Shown here in pieces: positions 16,279 to 25,614 of a stretch of DNA of 64,000 bases. Source of the stretch: a candidate division FCPU426 bacterium (GTDB lineage: Bacteria; Oederibacteriota; Muellerivitia; Muellerivitales; Muellerivitaceae); contig CAVYSE010000011.1 in NCBI GenBank assembly GCA_963771075.1, forward strand, positions 448,001 to 512,000, given 5' to 3'. Position numbers and translations under genes: made by a program. The notes below the pieces were generated by a model. That model searched no databases. It was given only the letters and a program-made list of their open reading frames with translations, and was not told the origin of the DNA. Position 1 is the first letter of the stretch. Every line of letters begins with the position of its first letter.

Positions 16279-18317
16279 ATGAAAAGCTTTAGAACCGCCA
16301 TAGGAACCGCCTGGAGGCTGGGAATTTTCTTGATCGGATGTTTCCTTTTGCCGGCTTATTCCGGGACTGCGGGAGAGTCCGCGAAACACCCGTTGATCGA
16401 AACGCTCCCCCCCGCGGGGGACGATCAAATCGCGCCTTTGTTAGTGTCGAAAGAAAAGGAACCCGCCTTAAGCCGTAAGCAATTGCTTTCCCTTCTTCGC
16501 CAAAACGTCAAATACGTCTTCGTGCTCTACCAGGAAAACCGCTCCTTCGATTCTTATTTCGGCACTTTTCCCGGGGTGGAGGGAATCTATTCCCGGCCCG
16601 CAAGCCTGACCCCGGGTTACTACCAATCGGTGGAGAACCCCGACGGGAAACTGGAAACCATCCAACCCTTCCTCATCGGACCGAAACAATTCGCCTCGGA
16701 CCTCGACGACACCAAGCACTCCCACCTGGCCCTGGTGCAGAAGATGGACCTGGTGGATCAGAAACCGAGGATGGACCGGTTCGCCCTGGCGGAAGAATTC
16801 AAGAATGGCACGGACACGCCTCCCGCCCTGGCCGACAAGCAATTCGGGGAATTGACCATGGCCCACGTGGACGGGGACACCATCCCCTTTCTCTGGCGCT
16901 GGGCCAATCGGTTCGTGATCTTCGACCATATCTTCCAGTTGATGGTGGGACCCTCGGGCCCGGGCAACCTCTCCATCATCGCCGCCCAAAGCGGGCAGAC
17001 CCAGGCCGCCCTCCACCCGAAGGAATTGGAGAAAGACTCCGGGAAGAAGGCCCCGGGGGAGCCGGTCCTCAACAGCAGCGACCCCTTCTGGGGCTCCCCC
17101 CAGGACACCTCCAACCCCAAGATGCCCGTGAACCCGAAGGAATTTTCCGGAAAGAACAAGGACAAGGAAACCTATCTGAACCAGACCTATGCCACCCTCC
17201 CCCTTTCGCTGGCCGGTTCCCAGGCCCAAAGCGAGACGGACGCCGACCCGCAAAAGGAAACCGACCTTGAGGACCTTCAGGAGGACGTGGCTTATTTGGA
17301 TCAGAAGGGCCAGGCGCCCATCCCCTGGGGCTGGTTCCAGGAGGGCTTCGGCCATCCCTTTACCGGGGACGACGACGCCACCGACGCCGAGGGACAGCAT
17401 TTATCCTATGTCACCCACCACAACGGACCCCAATATTTCGGCTACATCGTTCACAGCCCGGCCATGGCCGGCAGCCTCCAAGATCTGCAGGACTTTTTTT
17501 AATGCCGTCAAACAGGGCACCCTTCCCGACCAGGGCGGGGTCTTACTACGTGAAGGGGGGCGGCCATGAGAACCTCTTCGGTTTGAAGCCGGCCGATCCG
17601 GACGAGGCGGTCCGGAAAAGCTTCCTGGGGGACGACGACCATCCCGGGGGTTCGGACTCCCAGATCAGCGAGGCCATGCTGGCCCACGCCATCAACGCCA
17701 TCGCCCAAAGCAAGTATTGGAGCCAATGCGCCATCTTGATCACCTGGGACGACGAGGGCGGGTTCTACGACCACGTGCCTCCGCCCATGCATTCCTTCAC
17801 GCCGGACAAGGAACCCCTCACCGACGGGCCCCGGGTGCCGTTTTTGCTGGTATCGCCCTATGCCCGGACCCACGCGGTCGACCACGAGACGGGGGACCAC
17901 GGGTCGGTCGTCAAGTTCGTGGATGAGGCCTTCGGGTTGACCCCCCTGGCGAAACTGCCGGACGAGAGGAAGGGCCGCGAGATCGCCAAGAAAAAGTGGG
18001 GGCAGGACAACTGGGGTCCGGACGACGCGCTGACCCCGGACGTCACTGACCTGTTGTCCGGGTTTGACCCGGCCCGGTTGAAAGGCGATGCCCCGCCCCT
18101 GCCGCCTGACTACGCCATGATCCCCGAGGCCGTCGTGGCCAAGCTTCCGCAGGAGAGCGGGTACGGTTTGAAGGACATCGGAATTGTCCCCGTCGACCAA
18201 GCCCTGGGTTTGCCGAATCCTATCCCGGCTGATTTCAACCCGCGGCCCAAGACAGACCCCAGCCAACCGCCGTCAACGCCGGAGGCCCATACCGTTCTTC
18301 AAAAAATAAATCAATGA
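16279..18317 (+). pseudogene. Secreted phosphoesterase / phospholipase C (AcpA-like), broken by two +1 indels (real or sequencing error)
   Basis: VKYVFVLYQENRSFDSYFG, PSGPGNL, ITWDDEGGFYDHVPP, GPRVP; homology crosses three frames at 17494-17500 and ~17543-17545. Confidence 0.8.
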
Positions 18318-18321
18318 GAAA

Positions 18322-18365
18322 GGTATTGTCCTGACTTCCGTTGCCCTTTTGGGCAACGGGGGCAA
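18322..18365 (+). repeat. Solo copy of the cassette's second (bulged) hairpin
   Basis: ggtattgtcc-tgactt-ccgttgccc-tttt-gggcaacgg-gggcaa parallels 423-465. Confidence 0.55.
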
Positions 18366-18497
18366 GTCACTCCTCCAGGCAAATAAAGAATCCAGCATCG
18401 GACCCAGGGTTTAGTTGATTCAAGCAGCCATTTTTTGATAGCTTTTTATCCACCCTTGGTGGTCCACGATTCCTTTTCCAACCGTTGGAGGCTGTGC

Positions 18498-19235
18498 GTG
18501 AATTTCCGCTATTTGCTTTTGTTCGTCTGGCTTGCCCATCCTCTTTGGGCGGGCCCTCCCTTCGAGACCGATGATCCGGAGCCGACAGAGTTTGGCCATT
18601 GGGAGATCTACCTGGGCGTGACCGCCCAGCAAATCCAGGATGATTTCTCTGGCACCGCACCATTCCTGAATTTGAACTACGGGGGATTGCCAGACCTCCA
18701 ACTCAGCCTGACCACGCCTGTCGCCTTTAATTCCCCCGCCGGTTCCAGCCCCGCCTATGGCTATGGGGATACCCAGCTCAGCGTGAAATATCGTTTCCTC
18801 CATGAAACCGAGGGGATGCCCCAGGCCGCCCTGTTCCCCCAAGTTAACTTGCCCACAGGCGACGCCGGAAAGGGGTTGGGAGCCGGGCAATACCAGTTCT
18901 TGCTGCCCCTATGGTTCCAAAAAAGCTGGGGGCCCTGGTGCACCTTTGGGGGCGGGGGTTATTGGATCAATCCCGGGGTGGGGAACAAGAACTGGGTTTT
19001 CCTGGGATGGGCCCTTCAAAGGGACCTTTCGTCCTTCTTTACCCTAGGTGGGGAGGTCTTCTACCACGGCGCCAGTTTCGAGGGTCAAAGCGACAATCTG
19101 GGATTCAACCTGGGGGGAATTCTCAATTTTAACCCGGTGAACCACCTGGTCTTTTCGATAGGGCGTGACCTGGTGAACCCGGGAAACCTCCTGACCGGTT
19201 ATCTAGCCTGGCAATGGACCTTTCCCAAGGACTGA
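18498..19235 (+). CDS. Putative outer-membrane beta-barrel ('transporter', GPPFxTDDPEP family)
   Basis: GGAGG RBS, GTG start, signal peptide, GYGDT...KYRF, LPTGD...GLG, C-terminal F. Confidence 0.75.
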   Translation: MNFRYLLLFVWLAHPLWAGPPFETDDPEPTEFGHWEIYLGVTAQQIQDDFSGTAPFLNLNYGGLPDLQLSLTTPVAFNSPAGSSPAYGYGDTQLSVKYRFLHETEGMPQAALFPQVNLPTGDAGKGLGAGQYQFLLPLWFQKSWGPWCTFGGGGYWINPGVGNKNWVFLGWALQRDLSSFFTLGGEVFYHGASFEGQSDNLGFNLGGILNFNPVNHLVFSIGRDLVNPGNLLTGYLAWQWTFPKD

Positions 19236-19432
19236 CCTGCCGTTATTTCAGCCATTCGGCTTTACTGGATAGGGGTTTCAGTGAAACCGTCCTTTTTCTT
19301 CTTAGCCCATACCTTCCCAGGCTCCGGTGCCGGATATTTTTCTTGTCTCTTTCCTGAATTTGTAGATAGCGGCCCAGAATTACCTTGGGGCGGTTAAGCT
19401 TGGCCAATATGGCTAGTAAGGCGAACCGTTTT

Positions 19433-19642
19433 CTCCCCCCTCTGAAAGAGGGGGGAGGGGGAAGTTAGTTTTTATCCTGATTTTTTGGGGGAAAAATTCC
19501 CCTGAAGGCCAATTTCAAAAAGACTAATACCCCCCTGGCCCCCCTTTTTCACCCCCATTTCTCCTTTTGGAAATAATAAATGAAAATGGGGACGTCCCCA
19601 TGCCGCATATCCTCTTTTAAAAGAGGCATGGGGAAGGGGGGA
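19433..19642. repeat. CCCCCT..AGGGGG REP-like pair with two nested hairpins in the right arm
   Basis: Arms at 19433-19465 and 19526-19642; inserts ccccat...atgggga in tandem. Confidence 0.6.
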
Positions 19643-19795
19643 GTGTTATCTTCCATGGCGATAAGGATTATCTGCATATTCGTGAAAGAGACTATTTCTT
19701 TATTTCAGGCCTCTTTCCAGCCTCTTATAAAAAAACCTCCCGTCGGCTGAGTTGGTAGAATAGGCGTCAGGTTTATTCCATTCCTGGAGGCTCCC

Positions 19796-21148
19796 ATGGC
19801 CGCACCCCTGGTGGTGATCATCCTGGCGGCGGGCGAAGGCACCCGCATGATTTCCGATACTCCAAAGATTCTCCATGAGGTCGCGGGCTGGCCCATGATC
19901 GATTACGTCCTGGCGAACGCGCGGGCGGTGTCCTCGGACGCGGTTTACGCGGTGGTGGGGTCCCATTCCCAGGAAGTCACCAAGCACTTGGGAAAATCCG
20001 TGATTCCGATCCTGCAAAAGGAAAGGCTGGGCACGGGGCACGCGGTGATGTGCGCGGCTCCCAAATTGAAAAATTTTAAGGGGGATGTGCTGGTGTTGAG
20101 CGGGGACAATTGCATGGTGCGGGCCCAAACCCTGCTCGCCCTCCGCCAGTTTCACCGGTTGAAGGGCGGGGCCGCCACGCTCCTGACCGCTCGGGTGAAG
20201 GACCCTCACGGCTATGGACGGATCGTGCGGGGAGCCGAGGGGCAAGTGGAGCGAATCGTCGAGGAGAAAGACGCCAACGAGGACCAGCGGCGGATCAACG
20301 AAATCAACGCCGGGGTCTATTTTTTCCAGGCCCGCGAACTTTTGAGGGTCTTGAAGGAATTGAAACCCGACAACGCGAAGAAGGAATACTACCTCACGGA
20401 TACGATCCAGGCGATCCTTTCGGGAGGGGCCAAGGTCGAGGCCCTGATGGTGCCGGATCGCGCGGAGGTTTTGGGCATCAATGACCGCGCCCAGTTGTCC
20501 ATGGCCCACCGGATCCTCAACCTTCGCCGGGTGGAGGAACACCAGCGCCAGGGAGTGACCTTCCTGGGCCCGCAAACGGTCGAGCTGGGGCCGGATGTCA
20601 AGATCGGAAAGGATTCCGTCATCGAAGGGGACGTGACCCTGTCGGGAAGCACGGTCCTGGGCGAGGGCTGCCGGGTCGAGCGGGGAAGCGTCATCCATTC
20701 TTCCGTTCTTGGCAAGGGAGTGGTGGTCAAATCCTCCCGGATTATGGAAAGCAGGCTGGGCGACGGATGTGACGCGGGGCCTTTTGCCCATGTGCGGGGG
20801 GGAAGCGTTTTGGCCAAGGGCGTTCATGTGGGCACGAGCACCGAACTGAAGGGCGCCAAACTGGGCGAGGGCACCAAGGCGGGACATTTCTCCTATATCG
20901 GGGACGCGGTCCTGGGCAAGAATGTGAACGTGGGCGCGGGTTGCGTTTTCGCGAACTACGACGGCAGGAATAAGCACTCATGCAAGGTAGGGGACGGGGC
21001 ATTCCTGGGCAGTAACTCGACGCTGGTCGCTCCGGTGACCCTGGGCCCGGGCGCGGTCGTGGGGGCGGGGGCGGTGGTGACGAAAAACGTGCCGGCCAAG
21101 GCGGTGGTCGCCGGGGTTCCGGCGAGACCCATGACCCAGAAGAAATAA
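19796..21148 (+). CDS. glmU: Bifunctional UDP-GlcNAc pyrophosphorylase / GlcN-1-P acetyltransferase
   Basis: LAAGEGTRM, LGTGHAV, YGRIVR, EYYLTD, hexapeptide repeats, NYDG. Confidence 0.97.
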   Translation: MAAPLVVIILAAGEGTRMISDTPKILHEVAGWPMIDYVLANARAVSSDAVYAVVGSHSQEVTKHLGKSVIPILQKERLGTGHAVMCAAPKLKNFKGDVLVLSGDNCMVRAQTLLALRQFHRLKGGAATLLTARVKDPHGYGRIVRGAEGQVERIVEEKDANEDQRRINEINAGVYFFQARELLRVLKELKPDNAKKEYYLTDTIQAILSGGAKVEALMVPDRAEVLGINDRAQLSMAHRILNLRRVEEHQRQGVTFLGPQTVELGPDVKIGKDSVIEGDVTLSGSTVLGEGCRVERGSVIHSSVLGKGVVVKSSRIMESRLGDGCDAGPFAHVRGGSVLAKGVHVGTSTELKGAKLGEGTKAGHFSYIGDAVLGKNVNVGAGCVFANYDGRNKHSCKVGDGAFLGSNSTLVAPVTLGPGAVVGAGAVVTKNVPAKAVVAGVPARPMTQKK

Positions 21149-21337
21149 TTTCACCCGCCGCGAGGGCATCCATAGGTTCGGGCTTAAGCGCTGTTTTTTT
21201 GCTTCGCCTACCGCCCATTCCCCCAAAGGGCCCATGAATCGGCCTTTTTCCCTTTCTTTTTCACTTGGTTAATCGGCGCGTTTTTCTTAACATGACGCCT
21301 TCTCGGTTAACTCGATGTAAACCGTCAAGGAGATCGC

Positions 21338-22306
21338 ATGGCCAGGACATTGGGAACGAACGGCATCAAAATATTCACGGGGACGGCCAACCCCGAGCTG
21401 GCGAAAAACATCTCCGAGAACCTCAAGACCCCCCTGGGCGACATCCTGGTGAGCCGTTTTTCCGAGGGGGAGATCCGCATCAAGATCAACGAGGATGTCC
21501 GGGGCCGGGACGTGTTCATCCTCCAGCCCACCTGCCCGCCCGTCAATGACAACGTGGTGGAGCTGTTGATCATGCTGGACGCCTTCCGCCGGGCCAGCGC
21601 CCGGCGTATCACGGCGGTGCTGCCCTATTACGGCTACGCCCGGCAGGACCGCAAGGACCAGCCGCGAGTCCCCATCACCGCCAAGCTCATGGCCAATATC
21701 ATCACCGAGGCGGGAGCGGACCGGGTTCTGACCATGGACCTGCATGCCCAGCAGATCCAGGGGTTCTTCGACATCCCGGTGGACCATCTCTACGCTTTCC
21801 CGGTGATCGTCTCTTATATCCGGCAGAAGAAATTGAAGGACCTCACCATCGTTTCCCCCGACGTGGGCGGGATCAAAATGGCCCGGGCCTATGCCAAGGG
21901 CCTGGACGCCGAACTAGCCATTGTGGACAAGCGCCGCATGGGGCCAGATGAGGTAGAGGCCATGAACCTGATCGGGGACGTGCGGGGACGCACCGTCCTG
22001 ATTCCCGACGACATGATCGCCACCGCCGGATCCCTGGCGGAAGCCGTGAACGCCCTGATGAAATTCGGGGCCAAGGAGATCTACGCCTGCTGTACCCACG
22101 CGATCCTTTCGGGAAACGCCGTGGAAAAGATAGAAAATTCCGTCTTGAAAGAAGTGGTCATTACGGATACCATTCCCCTTCCTCCGGAGAAACGCATCGC
22201 CAAGATCAAGGTTCTTCCGGTGGCTCCCCTTTTGGGGGAGGCGATCCTGCGTATCCACAACGAAGAATCCATCAGTTCCTTGTTCGACGATCTGGGATCC
22301 AACTAA
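21338..22306 (+). CDS. prs: Ribose-phosphate pyrophosphokinase
   Basis: PYYGYARQDRK, DLHA.QIQGFFD, SPDVGG, DDMIATAG. Confidence 0.98.
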   Translation: MARTLGTNGIKIFTGTANPELAKNISENLKTPLGDILVSRFSEGEIRIKINEDVRGRDVFILQPTCPPVNDNVVELLIMLDAFRRASARRITAVLPYYGYARQDRKDQPRVPITAKLMANIITEAGADRVLTMDLHAQQIQGFFDIPVDHLYAFPVIVSYIRQKKLKDLTIVSPDVGGIKMARAYAKGLDAELAIVDKRRMGPDEVEAMNLIGDVRGRTVLIPDDMIATAGSLAEAVNALMKFGAKEIYACCTHAILSGNAVEKIENSVLKEVVITDTIPLPPEKRIAKIKVLPVAPLLGEAILRIHNEESISSLFDDLGSN

Positions 22307-22383
22307 ACCACACAATCAAAGAAACTTGCGATACGTAACCGCTGAGCACGCGCGGATACGCCCCAAGAAGGAGCCGAGTTGAA

Positions 22384-23109
22384 ATGAAACAGATACCGTT
22401 GGCCGCGAAAGTCCGTACCATCCGGGGGAGCAGCCGTTCGCGGCGGTTGCGCAACACCGGGTTCGTCCCCGCCGAGATCTACGGGCACAAAGAAACCAAC
22501 CAATCCGTCGAGGTGAACGAGAAGGAACTGACCAAGATCCTGCAGTCCACCCGCGGGGAGAACATCTTTTTCTCCATTAACGTGGATGGGGACAAGGGCG
22601 AGCCGGTTTTGGCCGTCATCAAGGAAATCCAATACCACAAGACCTCGAATTCGATCCTGCACGCCGACTTTCACAAGGTCAACATGGGCGAAAAGATCCG
22701 CATCAAGGTTCCCCTGCGCATCGTGAACGCGGAAATCTGCGCGGGCGTCAAGAACGCCGGGACACTGCAAGTCACCATGCGGACCCTGGAAGTCCAGTGC
22801 CTGCCCGCCCAGATCCCCGAACATATCGATGTGGACGTGGTCAACCTGGAGATCAACCAATCCCTGCACGTATCGGACCTGAAATTGCCCGAGGGCTTGA
22901 AGCCGATCCAAAGCCTGGGCAATGTGGTCGCCTCCGTGGCCGAACAGGTGGCAGAGGAAGTCAAACCCGTCGTCGCCGTTGCCGCCGATGGCACAGGCGC
23001 CGCGCCTGTCGCCGCCGCCGGCGAGCCGGAAGTCCTCACCGCCAAGAAGAAGGAAGAGGGCGAGGCCGAAGCCAAGCCTGGAGAAAAGAAAGCCGCCGAG
23101 AAAAAATAA
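22384..23109 (+). CDS. rplY: 50S ribosomal protein L25 (Ctc-type)
   Basis: RRLR..G.VPA.IYG, ILHADF, CLP..IPE.I.VDV; lies between prs and pth. Confidence 0.96.
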   Translation: MKQIPLAAKVRTIRGSSRSRRLRNTGFVPAEIYGHKETNQSVEVNEKELTKILQSTRGENIFFSINVDGDKGEPVLAVIKEIQYHKTSNSILHADFHKVNMGEKIRIKVPLRIVNAEICAGVKNAGTLQVTMRTLEVQCLPAQIPEHIDVDVVNLEINQSLHVSDLKLPEGLKPIQSLGNVVASVAEQVAEEVKPVVAVAADGTGAAPVAAAGEPEVLTAKKKEEGEAEAKPGEKKAAEKK

Positions 23110-23138
23110 GATTCTTTTGGAAGGTTGGGCCGTTCATG

Positions 23139-23179
23139 ACGAGGAAGGCGGGCGAAAGCCTCCTTCCTCGTTTTTGTTT
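23139..23179 (+). terminator. Rho-independent terminator after rplY
   Basis: acgaggaagg/ccttcctcgt stem plus T-tract. Confidence 0.8.
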
Positions 23180-23196
23180 AAGGGAAAAATCGGATT

Positions 23197-23291
23197 ACCA
23201 CCAAGGCACAAAGACGCCAAGAACTACAAAGTTGTTTATGTTTAAAAACCCAAAATCTTGGTTTTCCTTGGCGACTTGGTGTCTTGGTGGT
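23197..23291. repeat. 8-mer-periodic inverted repeat
   Basis: accaccaaggcacaaagacgccaag ... cttggcgacttggtgtcttggtggt. Confidence 0.8.
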
Positions 23292-23322
23292 GAAATAGTT
23301 GTTGTCGTTTGGGGGTAGCCTG

Positions 23323-23901
23323 ATGACAAAAGAAACCTGGATCGTGGCCGGGCTGGGCAACCCGGGAGAGAACTATCGATATACCCGCCATAACGTGGGT
23401 TTCCGCGTTGTGGAAGCCCTAGCCGTGAAGCATGACGCCCGCTTGAAAGAGAAGGGAAAGGCCATTCTGGGTTCCGTTTCCCTATTTGGTAAGGAAGTCG
23501 TCCTCTTTTTTCCCCAGACCTTCATGAATGAGTCGGGCCAGGCCCTGGGGCCTTACGTGCATTACCATCAAATTCCCTTCAACCGCGTGCTGGTCGTTTC
23601 CGACGATCTGGACCTGCCGGTAGGACAAACCCGGCTCAAGACATCGGGAGGTTCGGGCGGGCACCACGGCCTGGATTCGGTGATTTCCCACCTGGGTTCC
23701 AAGGATTTTTCGCGCCTTCGCATCGGGGTAGGCAAGCCCCCCTCGGCGGGACAGGGCCCGGACCACGTCCTTTCCGCCTTCAAGCCGGAAGAAAAACCAT
23801 TGATCGATGGGGCCATCGAAAGGGCGAGGGACGGGGTGGAATTGTTTTTGGAGAAGGGTCCGGACGCGGCCATGAGGGAAATGAATAAAGACGTCGTTTG
23901 A
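23323..23901 (+). CDS. pth: Peptidyl-tRNA hydrolase
   Basis: GLGNPG..Y..TRHNVGF, PQTFMNESG, DDLDL, GSGGH.G, RLRIGVG. Confidence 0.97.
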   Translation: MTKETWIVAGLGNPGENYRYTRHNVGFRVVEALAVKHDARLKEKGKAILGSVSLFGKEVVLFFPQTFMNESGQALGPYVHYHQIPFNRVLVVSDDLDLPVGQTRLKTSGGSGGHHGLDSVISHLGSKDFSRLRIGVGKPPSAGQGPDHVLSAFKPEEKPLIDGAIERARDGVELFLEKGPDAAMREMNKDVV

Positions 23902-23919
23902 TCAAAGTCCAAAAACTAT

Positions 23920-25452
23920 TTATTTCAATTTAAACACATAACATAGAGGTACACCTTCGCGTTCCACCACGTGAACAACCTTGGAGGGGTCCGCCAACAT
24001 ATCCTTGCCGTCTCTTGTGGTCGAAAGGTAATAGTCCGCCTCCTTCAGGCTGTCGGTCCACTTCATCTGGCCGTTGAGATAGGGATAGACCTGATAGGGA
24101 TTCGCGCTTGAGTTGATTTGGTATATCTTCCGGGGGTCGGCCAATCCGTTCTTTTTGATCCATTCCACCGCTTCCTTGGTGCTTGCCCCCCAATAGTCGT
24201 TATCGAATTTCCCGACCGAACCCTTAAGACCGCCTGTGAGTTCGTTGAAATAAACATACTCATAGGGATGAAGACGGAACATGCCGACAGCGACCCATCC
24301 CAGGTTCAGGATGACCAGGCCGAAAAGAGCCGTCTTGAGTAAGCGCGGCGCGGGTTCGCGGACCCAGGAGGCCGCGGAAAGGGCGGCTAGGGCCGCCAAA
24401 ATGGGAATCAGGAAAAGGAAATGTCTCAAACCATCGTATAAAACAGGGTGAAAGAGGATGACTAGGCCGGCGTTCACTCCCAAGGCGCAGGCCAGAAGCA
24501 CGGCCAACTCATTATGGATGAACCGCCCTACGAACCGAAGGGAAGCAAGCAAGAGCAGGAGGATTCCCAACGGCAGCGTGATCGTGAGCCAAACCGGCAG
24601 GTAGGAAAGGGGCAGTTGGCTGGCCAGGACCTGTCGGCCCTCAAATAGGACCGGGTTGTTCCAGAAGAAGTTCTTCGAGATCTGGAGAGCTTCCAGCAGG
24701 TGCACGACATAGTTGCCACCCAGGTAAGGCCAAGTTGCCATCATCATGAAGTTGGAAACGACGAAGACCGACGCCAGTAGAAGTCCGGATTCCTTGAGGT
24801 GCCGGGACCAATGCTTCCAGAGCTGTTTGCCTCGGTGATGGAAAAGATGGAGATCGTAAAGAATAAAGACGGGATAAAGCGAAAAACCCAGGGTGCGGGT
24901 GCATTGGGCCAGACCGAAGAGAAACCCAAGTACCAGGGCCTGGTTGTAGAGGGGCCGAGCTGGCCGAAGAGAGAGGTAATAGTGGATACCGGCCAGGGCC
25001 AGGAAGAAAGCGATGGCAAAGGGCACATCCTTCGGATTGCCGGGGATATCCCCCGTGAAGCGGGGAGTGAGGAATAAAAAAACCGGGCCCAGGACGGAGA
25101 CCCAGGGCTTGCCAATGGAAGTCAGGAGCATCTCGTACAGGGCGATGAAAAGGGGAACAGCCAGCAGGAGATTCAGGAGGTGGTACAGGTCCAGCCCGCC
25201 AGTGGGGTTTAGCCACCCCACGACCATGCCGTAGAGGTGGTCGTAGATCACCAGACCGTCGTCGGGAACGCTTTTGACCAACAGGCCGGGGACGTCGTCG
25301 TGGATCAGGTGATGGCCCAGGGCCAGGCCCCGTACGTAAACGCTGGATTCGTCATAGGTGGCCCCAAAATCCATGAAGGTCGCGAAGGCCCAGCAGAGGT
25401 AGAAAAAGATGAAGAGGAATAGCGGGAAGCGACGGTGGAAGAATTCGGTCAT
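23920..25452 (-). CDS. GT-C (PMT_2-like) membrane glycosyltransferase, paralog A
   Basis: DFGATYDE, PRF.G....NPKD.PFA, YDGLRHFLF, HPYEYVYFNEL.GG, DYWG. Confidence 0.8.
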   Translation of the reverse strand: MTEFFHRRFPLFLFIFFYLCWAFATFMDFGATYDESSVYVRGLALGHHLIHDDVPGLLVKSVPDDGLVIYDHLYGMVVGWLNPTGGLDLYHLLNLLLAVPLFIALYEMLLTSIGKPWVSVLGPVFLFLTPRFTGDIPGNPKDVPFAIAFFLALAGIHYYLSLRPARPLYNQALVLGFLFGLAQCTRTLGFSLYPVFILYDLHLFHHRGKQLWKHWSRHLKESGLLLASVFVVSNFMMMATWPYLGGNYVVHLLEALQISKNFFWNNPVLFEGRQVLASQLPLSYLPVWLTITLPLGILLLLLASLRFVGRFIHNELAVLLACALGVNAGLVILFHPVLYDGLRHFLFLIPILAALAALSAASWVREPAPRLLKTALFGLVILNLGWVAVGMFRLHPYEYVYFNELTGGLKGSVGKFDNDYWGASTKEAVEWIKKNGLADPRKIYQINSSANPYQVYPYLNGQMKWTDSLKEADYYLSTTRDGKDMLADPSKVVHVVEREGVPLCYVFKLK

Positions 25453-25494
25453 CTCGGATTTGCCCCCAAGTAATATGAACAAAAAAACAGTTGA

Positions 25495-25596
25495 ACCGCC
25501 AAGACACCAAGAAAAGCGAAGATTAAAGCTTCGAGCTTACAAACGTCAAAATCATTTGTTGTTCTTGGCGACTTGGCGTCTTGGCGTCTTGGCGGT
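25495..25596. repeat. 8-mer-periodic inverted repeat
   Basis: accgccaagacaccaag ... cttggcgacttggcgtcttggcgtcttggcggt. Confidence 0.8.
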
Positions 25597-25614
25597 GAAT
25601 GATCATGGTTTTGT

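Noticed and set aside
17494..17500. Programmed frameshift or phase variation at T7
   Set aside because: A second indel ~45 bp downstream is also needed and the run is short
19385..19430. tRNA-Gln expected near glmU/prs
   Set aside because: tgggg..taaggc resemblance only; no T-arm GTTCRA or cloverleaf
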